A stretch of 52,436 nt of DNA from a virus. Taxonomy: Duplodnaviria > Caudoviricetes. A model generated the notes under the pieces. The model was not told where the DNA came from, searched no databases, and worked only from the letters and a program-made list of their open reading frames with translations. Position numbers and translations under genes: made by a program. This document shows positions 39,123 to 47,364 of the stretch, one piece after another; the first letter of the stretch is position 1; each line of letters starts with the position of its first letter. Location of the stretch: positions 1 to 52,436 of the IMG/VR virus record IMGVR_UViG_3300025168_010295. One strand, written 5' to 3'.

Positions 39123-39397
39123 TGTATACACAAAGCTCACCGTTCCAAAAGAAATCTAAAGTAAAAGGTGGTGGAACTAAAAAAGTTTGTCTACCTGCTT
39201 CAAAAGTAAGATCAATGAGCAAAGCTGAAAGAGATAAAGTTGTTAGAGCTAAAAGATCTGCAGCTGCGTCTGGTAAGTATAAACGCTCTAGTAAATCAAA
39301 CGTTAAAGGCGCTCGTAAGAAAGGCGCTACCCTACGTGATTGGTTTGAAAAAGAAAATTGGATTAACGTTGCAACAGGAAAGCCATGCGGAGATTAA
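39122..39397 (+). CDS. Small basic protein with CLP and WF..E.W...GKPCG motifs
   Basis: 91 aa, TAATG-coupled. Confidence 0.75.
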   Translation: MYTQSSPFQKKSKVKGGGTKKVCLPASKVRSMSKAERDKVVRAKRSAAASGKYKRSSKSNVKGARKKGATLRDWFEKENWINVATGKPCGD

Positions 39398-39462
39398 TAG
39401 ATAAGTTACAAGCAGCTTGGAATAGTTTACTATACAAGCTTATGTTTAAGAAATATAGATAA
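39385..39462 (+). CDS. 25-aa amphipathic peptide (not in ORF track)
   Basis: MRRLIDKLQAAWNSLLYKLMFKKYR; overlaps the upstream stop. Confidence 0.4.
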   Translation: MRRLIDKLQAAWNSLLYKLMFKKYR

Positions 39463-39509
39463 GGAACAATATAAAAATGGGCGTACCATACCCAAAAGTT
39501 CCTGTAACC

Positions 39510-39545
39510 GAAGGGGATCTCATCGCGAGGTCCCCTTCTTTTTTT
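39510..39545 (+). terminator. Rho-independent terminator at the convergence of the two arms
   Basis: GAAGGGGATCTC-ATCGC-GAGGTCCCCTTC 12-bp stem followed by T7. Confidence 0.9.
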
Positions 39546-39549
39546 ACAG

Positions 39550-41313
39550 TTATCCGTCGCAAGCAGCACAGTCAGGATCCATAGCTTGTTTAGCAATGTC
39601 ACCGCGTAGTACTGATTCAGTACGCATATAGTATAAGGTCTTGATACCTTTCTTCCAAGCATCCATATGCACTTGGTTAATCCACTTAGGTGTAGCCTCA
39701 GAGGGAAACGCTAGGTTTAAACTAACTGATTGATCTATATACTGTTGACGTATACCAGCTTGATTAACAAGCTCTAGTTGATTAATTTCTTTGAAAGTTT
39801 TAAACACGTTTTTAACTTTATCAAAGCCTGTAGTTTCTAAATCATCTTGCTCAGATAATACCACTAGCTTTTTATTAACATAGCCGTAGTCATCTAATGG
39901 TAGGTCTTGTACGCTACCACCGTCAGCCATTATCTTATCCCAAACCTCTTTAGTATTTAATCCAGCTTTACGTAAAACCTTTTCTAGTTCTTTGTTTTTC
40001 CTAATGAACGTACCCTTCGCGCTTTGTTCAGTGAAAACATTAGCGGCCCAAGGCTCAATACCAGGACTAACATTACCGGCAAGCTTACTATTAGACACAG
40101 TAGGAGCAATAGCCCTAAGATGAGTATTACGAAGCCCAGTGCCAACGCACCACAAAGGTTCACCATAAAGTTCAGCGAGATCTCTACTCGCTCGCTCAGA
40201 TTCGATTTTAATCTGGCTAAATATTCTTCTAGTTTCATATTGTGCTGTTAATCCCTCGAAGGGTATTCCGTTTTTTTGTAAGTACGTGTGCCAGCCCAAT
40301 ACTCCAAGGCCAAGCGCTCTACCTTTTTCCGCTGATCTAACTGAATTCGCAAAGCCAACCTTGCCTTTCGCTTTCTGTATAAACTCTTCAAGTACTCCGT
40401 CCAAGAACCAAATAGCATCGTATATAAGGTTTGTATTCTTCCACTCTTCATATCTTGATATATTTAAACTTGATAAGCAGCAAACAAAGCTATGGCTTTC
40501 ATCTGTGTGTAATGTAATCTCACTACAGATATTCGTCATGTGTACTTTTAAGGCGTTGTCTTTGTATGCTTTTGGATTTGCTTTGTTAGTATTTCCTTTA
40601 AACATAACATACGGTTCTCCAGTTGCTTTTCGTTTTCTAATAAGTTTACTCCATCGAGCTCTAGCGTCTGCATCTCCTTGTTCAAGACGCCGCATAAACT
40701 TATCACCAACAACTGCGCATTGATGTAAGTTAAGCGACTGTCTGTTAACATCTCCTTTAGGTTCTCTGATCTCAAGCCACTCTTCAAAATCATCGTGCTC
40801 AATGTTAATATTAACTGAGGCAGCTCCTCGTCTAACCGATCCTTGATTTGTAGCAAGTATTGTTGAGTCATATATTTTGCAGAAAGGTACGACTCCGTCT
40901 GATGTTCCATTGCCTGTAATTTTAGCGCCAGCGGGTCTGATTTGATTTATACCAATGCCAACTCCACCGCCGTGCTTAGCGAGCAACATCATCTCTAAGT
41001 TCTTACCTCCTATATCGTGTATGCTATCTGCTACATCAATACCAAAGCAACTAATAGGTAAGCCACGATCAGTGCCTGTATTACTAAGTACAGGGCTAGC
41101 AAGGTTAAGCCAACCTTTCCAGATATAATCAAAAAACGTTTCACTAAGCTCTGGCCTTTCGAGTCTACGCGCAACTGTTTTACATACTCTTTGGTATGCG
41201 TCTCTTGGTGTTTCATCATATAGTAAATATCCTCCTGATATAGTTTTTTTATATACATCTGTATCACCCCACTCAGGGTAATCTATAGATTTTTTCCACT
41301 CGTTTTTCCACAT
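39550..41313 (-). CDS. nrdA: Ribonucleotide reductase class I alpha subunit (no ATP cone)
   Basis: PISCF, TNICSEI, CCLSSLN, IAPTVS, IKTLYY and C-terminal CAAC. Confidence 0.95.
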   Translation of the reverse strand: MWKNEWKKSIDYPEWGDTDVYKKTISGGYLLYDETPRDAYQRVCKTVARRLERPELSETFFDYIWKGWLNLASPVLSNTGTDRGLPISCFGIDVADSIHDIGGKNLEMMLLAKHGGGVGIGINQIRPAGAKITGNGTSDGVVPFCKIYDSTILATNQGSVRRGAASVNINIEHDDFEEWLEIREPKGDVNRQSLNLHQCAVVGDKFMRRLEQGDADARARWSKLIRKRKATGEPYVMFKGNTNKANPKAYKDNALKVHMTNICSEITLHTDESHSFVCCLSSLNISRYEEWKNTNLIYDAIWFLDGVLEEFIQKAKGKVGFANSVRSAEKGRALGLGVLGWHTYLQKNGIPFEGLTAQYETRRIFSQIKIESERASRDLAELYGEPLWCVGTGLRNTHLRAIAPTVSNSKLAGNVSPGIEPWAANVFTEQSAKGTFIRKNKELEKVLRKAGLNTKEVWDKIMADGGSVQDLPLDDYGYVNKKLVVLSEQDDLETTGFDKVKNVFKTFKEINQLELVNQAGIRQQYIDQSVSLNLAFPSEATPKWINQVHMDAWKKGIKTLYYMRTESVLRGDIAKQAMDPDCAACDG

Positions 41314-41443
41314 AATTATTGCTATTTGTTTTTGCGTGTTTCATCGCATATTCTAAATGTTTTTTTTCCCAGTGTTCTCTATAATCTCTACCGTTATAAA
41401 ATGTTTCGTCACATTGGCTGCATTTAATTGATTTGTATTTCAT
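41273..41443 (-). CDS. C2H2 zinc-finger microprotein (not in ORF track)
   Basis: 56 aa MKYKSIKCSQCDETFYNGRDYREHWEKKHLEYAMKH...; ATGA overlap with the upstream stop. Confidence 0.7.
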   Translation of the reverse strand: MKYKSIKCSQCDETFYNGRDYREHWEKKHLEYAMKHAKTNSNNYVEKRVEKIYRLP

Positions 41444-41718
41444 TTAAAAAATAGTAACGCGTAAGCCATCATAACATTTATATTAACCATAACTAAATTC
41501 CATTGTTTAGCAACCCAAACTTGTGGTAAAGAAAATAAACCTGCTAAAAAATATATTACAACACCTGGTGTTTCAGGTAATAAATGGGGAGCGGTTATAA
41601 AAAAACCAGTCCCCATATAACCAAGCCTATTCGCTAGCCTCTCCGTAGGAGAAAGCTTTCTCTCCTTCACTAGATTCTTCAGCCACTTTCTTTTTAAGTT
41701 CGGCGATTGCATCTTCAT
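41440..41718 (-). CDS. Small multi-TM membrane protein
   Basis: Three hydrophobic segments; KQWNLVMVNI pattern. Confidence 0.65.
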   Translation of the reverse strand: MKMQSPNLKRKWLKNLVKERKLSPTERLANRLGYMGTGFFITAPHLLPETPGVVIYFLAGLFSLPQVWVAKQWNLVMVNINVMMAYALLFFK

Positions 41719-41866
41719 AACCTGGTAATTGTTTTAATACTTGATGATGCCCTGACACCATTGTGCTTAGTCTATCATTTTCATTTATTAACTGTTGCAG
41801 TACGTTAGTCACTGCAGCCATACGTTTTTCTAACGCATCTGTTCTACTCTGTTTCTGACCTTTCAT
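41627..41866 (-). CDS. Coiled-coil hypothetical protein
   Basis: 79-aa ORF within the nrdB-nrdA interval. Confidence 0.65.
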   Translation of the reverse strand: MKGQKQSRTDALEKRMAAVTNVLQQLINENDRLSTMVSGHHQVLKQLPGYEDAIAELKKKVAEESSEGEKAFSYGEASE

Positions 41867-41901
41867 ATAATTGTTCTATTAATTCTTGTTCACTAATTAG
41901 T

Positions 41902-42870
41902 TTACCAAATATCTTCGAAGTCCTCACCTTCGTTAGCTTTCGAATAATCTGTCGGCCGTACCGCGAAAAAATCAGTATGAGTGAGCCCGCCGGTAAGATG
42001 ATAGAACCAATCAAGATTATCTGCTGCAGCCTTGTCATACGTGAAGTACGAATCAAGGTTAGTGTAACCAAGTTCAACCAGTTTTTCATTTGTTCTTTTC
42101 TTTATAAAGTGTTTTAAATCGTTTGACTTAATACCTTCAATGTCACCCATCTCAAACATCTTGTCTATATATTTGTACTCAAGATCAACCATAGTCTCTG
42201 CAGCTTTAATAATATCTTTTTTACAAAGATCTTTTAGTTGATTGTTCTCTGCGCACATATCACGGTATAGTTTACAACCCATTTTGCTATGCAGGCTTTC
42301 GTCACGCACAGACCATTTCATCTGTTGCCCTATTCCTTTAAGCATGTTACGCAGCTGAAAAGAATATAGAACAGCGAAAGCAGAATACAAACTAACCCCT
42401 TCAGCGAAGGCGGAAAAAACAGCAAGGCTACGAGCAATGCCACGTGGGTCATTACCGTCATAACCAACCAGGTTATCAAATCTATTCGCGGTTGCTTCCT
42501 CATGAAGGAAGGCTTCAAAGTTTTCAAGTCCAAGTGTTTCATTTAAATAGCTATATGCGACAGCGTGTATCGTTTCTTGCGAACCAAACATCATTGCCAT
42601 TTGTTGTATCTCGTGTTTAGGAAACCAACCTACTACTTTCTGCGTCCAATAATCTGACACAGCACATTCAGTCTGAGCAAAGCCTAGTAGTATATTTCCC
42701 ACTAGGTTTTTCTCTTCGTCTGTTAGTTTCTCTTTCCAGTCTTTAACATCGCCTTGCATTGGTATCTCGGTGTGTAACCAAAAAGCCTGCGCTTGCTTAA
42801 GCCAACCTTCAGTATAGTACTCTGGGTACTCAAACGGTTTATACGCTACGCGCTCGTCAAACAGTCCCAT
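41902..42870 (-). CDS. nrdB: Ribonucleotide reductase class I beta subunit
   Basis: KPFEYP, FW, ETIHAVAY, EGVSLYSAF, DESLH and DFF motifs. Confidence 0.95.
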   Translation of the reverse strand: MGLFDERVAYKPFEYPEYYTEGWLKQAQAFWLHTEIPMQGDVKDWKEKLTDEEKNLVGNILLGFAQTECAVSDYWTQKVVGWFPKHEIQQMAMMFGSQETIHAVAYSYLNETLGLENFEAFLHEEATANRFDNLVGYDGNDPRGIARSLAVFSAFAEGVSLYSAFAVLYSFQLRNMLKGIGQQMKWSVRDESLHSKMGCKLYRDMCAENNQLKDLCKKDIIKAAETMVDLEYKYIDKMFEMGDIEGIKSNDLKHFIKKRTNEKLVELGYTNLDSYFTYDKAAADNLDWFYHLTGGLTHTDFFAVRPTDYSKANEGEDFEDIW

Positions 42871-43034
42871 TACTTATAAGTTTCAAAAGCAACGTCAATA
42901 AAAGGCAGATAAAAAACGTAAGCGGTTTGTGTTGTTTCTTCATAAGTTCTGATTCCAAATAATATACCCGGGTAAAACCCAAATGATAACGTCCAGTTCT
43001 TTCTAACGTCCTTGCCCTCTGTATTTTTTGACAT
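42870..43034 (-). CDS. Small hypothetical protein (not in ORF track)
   Basis: 54 aa ...SFGFYPGILFGIRTYE...YLPFID...; TAATG-coupled to nrdB. Confidence 0.65.
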   Translation of the reverse strand: MSKNTEGKDVRKNWTLSFGFYPGILFGIRTYEETTQTAYVFYLPFIDVAFETYK

Positions 43035-43137
43035 AATTTTTAGATTTTTTATTATTACTGTTTCTAGTTTTAGCGTGTACCCCTGGTCTACTTATTTTAG
43101 GAGACTCCATGTGTACTGATAAATTTACTCTAGCCAT
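43003..43137 (-). CDS. Small basic protein ending YRGQGR (not in ORF track)
   Basis: 44 aa MARVNLSVHMESPKISRPGVHAKTRNSNNKKSKNYVKKYRGQGR. Confidence 0.7.
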   Translation of the reverse strand: MARVNLSVHMESPKISRPGVHAKTRNSNNKKSKNYVKKYRGQGR

Positions 43138-43303
43138 ATACTTTTATATTATACTTATCATGTTCGTGTACAATGTCTTTATATTTGACATATCCTTTTT
43201 GATCCCAAGACCACTTAACAAACTTATCGATCTGACGCTCAGCATACTTCTGCCTAGCTACTTGTTTCGCAAGTCTAGGATTAGGCGTATTGTTTCGTCG
43301 CAT
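43130..43303 (-). CDS. Small hypothetical protein (not in ORF track)
   Basis: 57 aa MRRNNTPNPRLAKQVARQKYAERQIDKFVKWSW...; overlaps both neighbours. Confidence 0.55.
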   Translation of the reverse strand: MRRNNTPNPRLAKQVARQKYAERQIDKFVKWSWDQKGYVKYKDIVHEHDKYNIKVYG

Positions 43304-43734
43304 TCCTTTTGATTTTGTGGTTTATATAATGTAACTCCATGCAGATGATCAACTACGTATCTTTTGAACATCTTCCAGCGTAGTGGAAATGATTCATTAG
43401 CTCTACCTTTAGTTTCAATAATAAAACCTTGGCCAATAAAATCAGGCGTATACTTTATGTTCAGTATCTTTTTGCTACCTCTATTTTTGTACTCACCTTT
43501 ACCATTACCGCATCGTTCATAAGACTCATTAGGAAAATCAAAGCCAGAGAATATCTCGTATGTTTGTCCTTCGTATACAGCGTGTATCTTAGCTTTCTTC
43601 AAAGCCATATACATATACCGCTCAAGGCCAGAGGCAAAGTTAATACCATCGTATGATATCTTCCTTGCTTGTACTGGTCCTTTCTTTTTGCTACGTTTTT
43701 TAAACTTTTTCCTTATCATAGTGTAGTCCGTCAT
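43258..43734 (-). CDS. T7 endonuclease I-like Holliday junction resolvase (PD-(D/E)XK)
   Basis: FASGLE, YTPDF and IIETKG motifs. Confidence 0.85.
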   Translation of the reverse strand: MTDYTMIRKKFKKRSKKKGPVQARKISYDGINFASGLERYMYMALKKAKIHAVYEGQTYEIFSGFDFPNESYERCGNGKGEYKNRGSKKILNIKYTPDFIGQGFIIETKGRANESFPLRWKMFKRYVVDHLHGVTLYKPQNQKECDETIRLILDLRNK

Positions 43735-43996
43735 TACCGTTCTGACCGATGATGTTCATACGTTTCAGCATAGCCTCTTCGATCTCATCACCTAAACAGT
43801 ATCGTGCTGCTTCAATATAAAGCAACGCGTCCATTAGTTCTTCTTGCACATCGACTAAAAACCTATCTAAGTCCTTAACTTCGTTTTTAATCTCACCCAT
43901 CATTGTAGCACCGTACTTTTCTTGACCAACAAGACTACGTTGATCCATCTTAGCTAGTACTCTACGTACAACTTCATCTTTAGTTTTAATTTGCAT
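43700..43996 (-). CDS. All-alpha NTP-pyrophosphatase-like protein
   Basis: R...G.EKYG.TM...VQEELMDALLYI (EExxD); probable start ATG 43996. Confidence 0.55.
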   Translation of the reverse strand: MQIKTKDEVVRRVLAKMDQRSLVGQEKYGATMMGEIKNEVKDLDRFLVDVQEELMDALLYIEAARYCLGDEIEEAMLKRMNIIGQNGNDGLHYDKEKV

Positions 43997-44756
43997 CTTT
44001 AACAAATGTACCGTTAACCATTTTACCTGTGCGCTTGGCAATCACATCATATGCAGACTTTATACAGTCTTCAATAAACATATCTTCAAACTTAGCGATG
44101 CTTGTGAGCACAACAATCATATCACCTATAGCATCTTGTATCTCTGCTTTATCGTTACTAAGTAAAGCTTCTGCAAGCTCACCTGATTCTTCCATAAGCT
44201 TTAAGTACTGGGTTTTGCTATCGCCTTTATCGTATATGCCTTTATCAGTAGCCCAACTACGTATATCATCAAAAATATTACCTGGTTTTTCTATAGCTGG
44301 TTCAGCTAAGAACGCTTCATAATAAGCTTTGTTATATATATAACTACGATCTTCGTTATACATAGACATCTTAGCATTAGACATTATCCATGGTATTGTT
44401 TGTTCGTTAATCTCGAACTGGCCGTGACCAAAGCCACTTATATTTACCCGCCATTGTAAACCTATGTTATCCATTAAATGTCCTTTGAGTTTGTTTAAAG
44501 GTACTGGAAATGTTGAGGTTTGTTCTGTTGCGTTTATCTTCATTTTATTAAATAAATTTTTATACAATTTCCTGTCTGTCTTATAGCCATAAGACTTTTG
44601 AAGTTCTATTTCGCGGTCTGATATATAATCTATATCGTCTGACTGCTCAAGAACTTCATACTCATTCTCCTTATATCCTTGTATAAGGGTTACGCGAGTA
44701 TTAAGATCACGTGTTACGCCTATCTTTTTACCCGGTATGTGATACAAATAATACAT
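43986..44756 (-). CDS. GIY-YIG-like nuclease domain fused to a MazG-like dNTP pyrophosphatase
   Basis: N-terminal YYLY...KIGVT.DL..R...E; C-terminal KLMEESGELAEA...DAIGD.IVVL...AY..I..RTG. Confidence 0.75.
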   Translation of the reverse strand: MYYLYHIPGKKIGVTRDLNTRVTLIQGYKENEYEVLEQSDDIDYISDREIELQKSYGYKTDRKLYKNLFNKMKINATEQTSTFPVPLNKLKGHLMDNIGLQWRVNISGFGHGQFEINEQTIPWIMSNAKMSMYNEDRSYIYNKAYYEAFLAEPAIEKPGNIFDDIRSWATDKGIYDKGDSKTQYLKLMEESGELAEALLSNDKAEIQDAIGDMIVVLTSIAKFEDMFIEDCIKSAYDVIAKRTGKMVNGTFVKDAN

Positions 44757-45410
44757 CTAATTTAATTTATCGTTATACAAATGTAAGTTGTGCGCATGGT
44801 GGTAATACCAGCCGGTTTGAATAGACAATCTGTCTGCAACCATTTCTTGCAACGATGCAAACTGATACTGATCATTGCAGAAACCGTACCAGAGATCATT
44901 AGATCGCATATAGACGGACATACAAAGCTTATCATCAATGATACTAAACTGAACTGCATACGTACATGGCGTGTCGTGTCTGTAATCGTATATTTCTTTA
45001 CCATCGTATATACTTACCGCAGCTTGCCTAGTACTTTTATTTTTCTTAATTATGTCTACTACTTTACCTAACTGGTTTTCTCTGTTCCATTGCCAACCAT
45101 AATTAGAGTTGACATTGCCGTTAGCATCTGCCATACGTTTCCATATCTCAGGTACCTTACCATACAGCTCACCCAACTTACTTATGTTTCTGTTACCAGA
45201 TAAATACCAAGCCCATTCGGCTGCAGCATATTTCTGATTCCATTTTCTATATCCCGCTTTTATCTTCTTATCAGAAGGGTTGTGAATATAAAACCCAACA
45301 TTAAACAAAGCTTTAGTGTTATCAAAGTCTACACCTTTGTCTTTAATTTTGATGTAAAAATAATCAAAAGCTTCGCTTGCTGTTTTAAAATTACTTTTCG
45401 TGCTTATCAT
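44757..45410 (-). CDS. Thymidylate-synthase-fold enzyme, dCMP hydroxymethylase (T4 gp42)-like
   Basis: E.WY, P.IW...A, NSNYGW, DTPCT, MRSNDLWYGFCND and LHLY; Asp at the dUMP/dCMP specificity position. Confidence 0.8.
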   Translation of the reverse strand: MISTKSNFKTASEAFDYFYIKIKDKGVDFDNTKALFNVGFYIHNPSDKKIKAGYRKWNQKYAAAEWAWYLSGNRNISKLGELYGKVPEIWKRMADANGNVNSNYGWQWNRENQLGKVVDIIKKNKSTRQAAVSIYDGKEIYDYRHDTPCTYAVQFSIIDDKLCMSVYMRSNDLWYGFCNDQYQFASLQEMVADRLSIQTGWYYHHAHNLHLYNDKLN

Positions 45411-45651
45411 AATAATATTTATAAAACTTATAAATGTTCTCCCATATCATATCTTTAATATAGACATGAGGCGACCTGTTTATTTTACCGTTTAATGTTA
45501 TATCTATATACCATTCAGCCGGACCTTTAGCAAAAGGTGATATGTATATCTTGTTTCGTATACACCATAGCCTAGCCTCGTACTCTTCATCGGTTGGGTT
45601 ATAGCTACCCATATCCCACTCTTTGCTTTTCTTATGCCAAGCAGCTGCCAT
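45391..45651 (-). CDS. Hypothetical protein
   Basis: 86 aa abutting the helicase stop. Confidence 0.7.
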   Translation of the reverse strand: MAAAWHKKSKEWDMGSYNPTDEEYEARLWCIRNKIYISPFAKGPAEWYIDITLNGKINRSPHVYIKDMIWENIYKFYKYYYDKHEK

Positions 45652-47364
45652 TTATTCCCATGGCATTTTTTCACCATCAGCAATTGCATGCTGTACATGT
45701 GGTGCAAACCTACCCGAGGCTGGTTGCCATTTGAAATGAGCTTCAGCACCGTTCTCACCTAAGTTTTGAAACTTTACTTTAAGTATCTTTGCTTTAACGG
45801 TTTTCTCTTCATAGTCTCTGTGAACTAATATACCGTGGTAACTAGCATCGTACCATTCGCCACCACCTTTAATGTTATACATAGTAGGTTCTTCAATCTT
45901 ACCGTCTTTGTCTTTGTACATCTTGGTTGGGTGCGCCACAATAAACACTAGTACATCATACTTTTTAGCAAACATTTCTATCTTAGTTAGATACTCCATT
46001 GTGTAACGATTAATGTCTTCCGTTTTGCAGTCTACATCTCTAACTTTATTAAACGGATCTATAACAAGGCATTTAATACCTTTACGTTTAACAAGCTCAG
46101 CACCTTTACGTAGTACAGACTCAAGCGTGTAACGTTCCATATCGATAAAGAAAAAGTTATCATTAACATGTTCAGCTACTTGTCGCCACTTATCTGTACC
46201 AATATCACGTTTAGAAGGCATGTCGCCCCAAACTTTACGCATTAACTTATGAGCGTGTAAATATGTCGGCGCATTTTCTGGACTAGCAAATGCTGTCTTC
46301 CAACTATAATTAGCGTTGTACCCAACAACCATCTGGTCGACAAAGTCACTCTTGCCGGAACTAGGGATGCCAGTGACAGTAATAAATTGACCAGTGTAAG
46401 TTGAAAAGATATCATCAAAATTCGGTAAGCCAATTTGATATCCTGGTTTAAAGCCATTAGTAACAAAGTCGGTAACTTCATTTTCAATATCCCTGAATGT
46501 CGTAACATTCTCAAGCGGTACTGGTCTTGCTTTTGTAATACGCTCTGCCAGTTTTTCTTTTCCATACTTAATTAGATATTCATTAGCGTCTTTACAATCT
46601 TCAAAGTCTGCTAAGAAACAAACCTCAGCACCTAATCTCCTAACTAGTTCTTGTTGTAAAGCCTGACCAGCATCATCTGAGTCAACAGCTAGTATTACTT
46701 TTTCTTTATCGTCAAAATAATCAATACAATTATCCAGATAATCTAGGTTGTTTGTATTAAGCGTTGCACCATTTGGTACTGACAATGCATTTTTAATACC
46801 AGCTTCATGCAAAGCTAGCACGTCCATTTCACCTTCAGTTATTACACAATGATCGTAACCAACAATGCTATTGATATTATAAAATACTTTTTCAGCTCCT
46901 TTGTAAAGCTTAAAGTTTTTTCTACCATCTCTGTATTTAACATTGATAAGCTGATCACCTATAATATAATTAAACTGAATTGTATTCTCGGTCTTACCGG
47001 TCTGTGGCATCCACTCAGGACCTTGACTAACGTTTAAGTCGTCAAGTGTCCTTTGTGATATACCTCGTGATTCAAACCATTCAGTTACTTTGTCTTTAAC
47101 GGGGTTAAGCTTAACGACATCAGGTCTAGTATAAACCTTCTCACTAGCGCCTTTACGCTGATAAGTATGTAACTGAAAAGTTGTATTACAATTGTGACAA
47201 GTACCGAGACCACGTTCCCAATCATAGCTAGCACATTCTGCTTTCTGATTTTTGGGTTGTCTAGTGTGAGAGCAAAGCGGGCATATACCCTGTGCTTTGC
47301 CTTCTTTAAGACTGTATTGATTGAACTCGTCAATCATATATCCATTGATCTCTGTTGTCTGCAT
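45652..47364 (-). CDS. T7 gp4/Twinkle-like primase-helicase
   Basis: Zn ribbon CPLC...CHNC, TOPRIM EGEMD and DSDDAG, KDANE, Walker A GIPSSGKS, VIDP and VAHP. Confidence 0.93.
   Translation of the reverse strand: MQTTEINGYMIDEFNQYSLKEGKAQGICPLCSHTRQPKNQKAECASYDWERGLGTCHNCNTTFQLHTYQRKGASEKVYTRPDVVKLNPVKDKVTEWFESRGISQRTLDDLNVSQGPEWMPQTGKTENTIQFNYIIGDQLINVKYRDGRKNFKLYKGAEKVFYNINSIVGYDHCVITEGEMDVLALHEAGIKNALSVPNGATLNTNNLDYLDNCIDYFDDKEKVILAVDSDDAGQALQQELVRRLGAEVCFLADFEDCKDANEYLIKYGKEKLAERITKARPVPLENVTTFRDIENEVTDFVTNGFKPGYQIGLPNFDDIFSTYTGQFITVTGIPSSGKSDFVDQMVVGYNANYSWKTAFASPENAPTYLHAHKLMRKVWGDMPSKRDIGTDKWRQVAEHVNDNFFFIDMERYTLESVLRKGAELVKRKGIKCLVIDPFNKVRDVDCKTEDINRYTMEYLTKIEMFAKKYDVLVFIVAHPTKMYKDKDGKIEEPTMYNIKGGGEWYDASYHGILVHRDYEEKTVKAKILKVKFQNLGENGAEAHFKWQPASGRFAPHVQHAIADGEKMPWE

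Noticed and set aside
43997-44041. ORF-track N-terminal extension of the 43700 gene
   Set aside because: Non-ATG start inside the MazG domain; ATG 43996 gives the usual short overlap.
45009-45017. GTAAGTATA promoter-like box on the - strand inside the gp42-like gene
   Set aside because: It is within coding sequence and its upstream TAAAA is 3 nt off the conserved spacing.
44757-45410. Canonical thyA
   Set aside because: It has Asp instead of the dUMP-specifying Asn and gp42-type motifs, so the thyA symbol was withheld.
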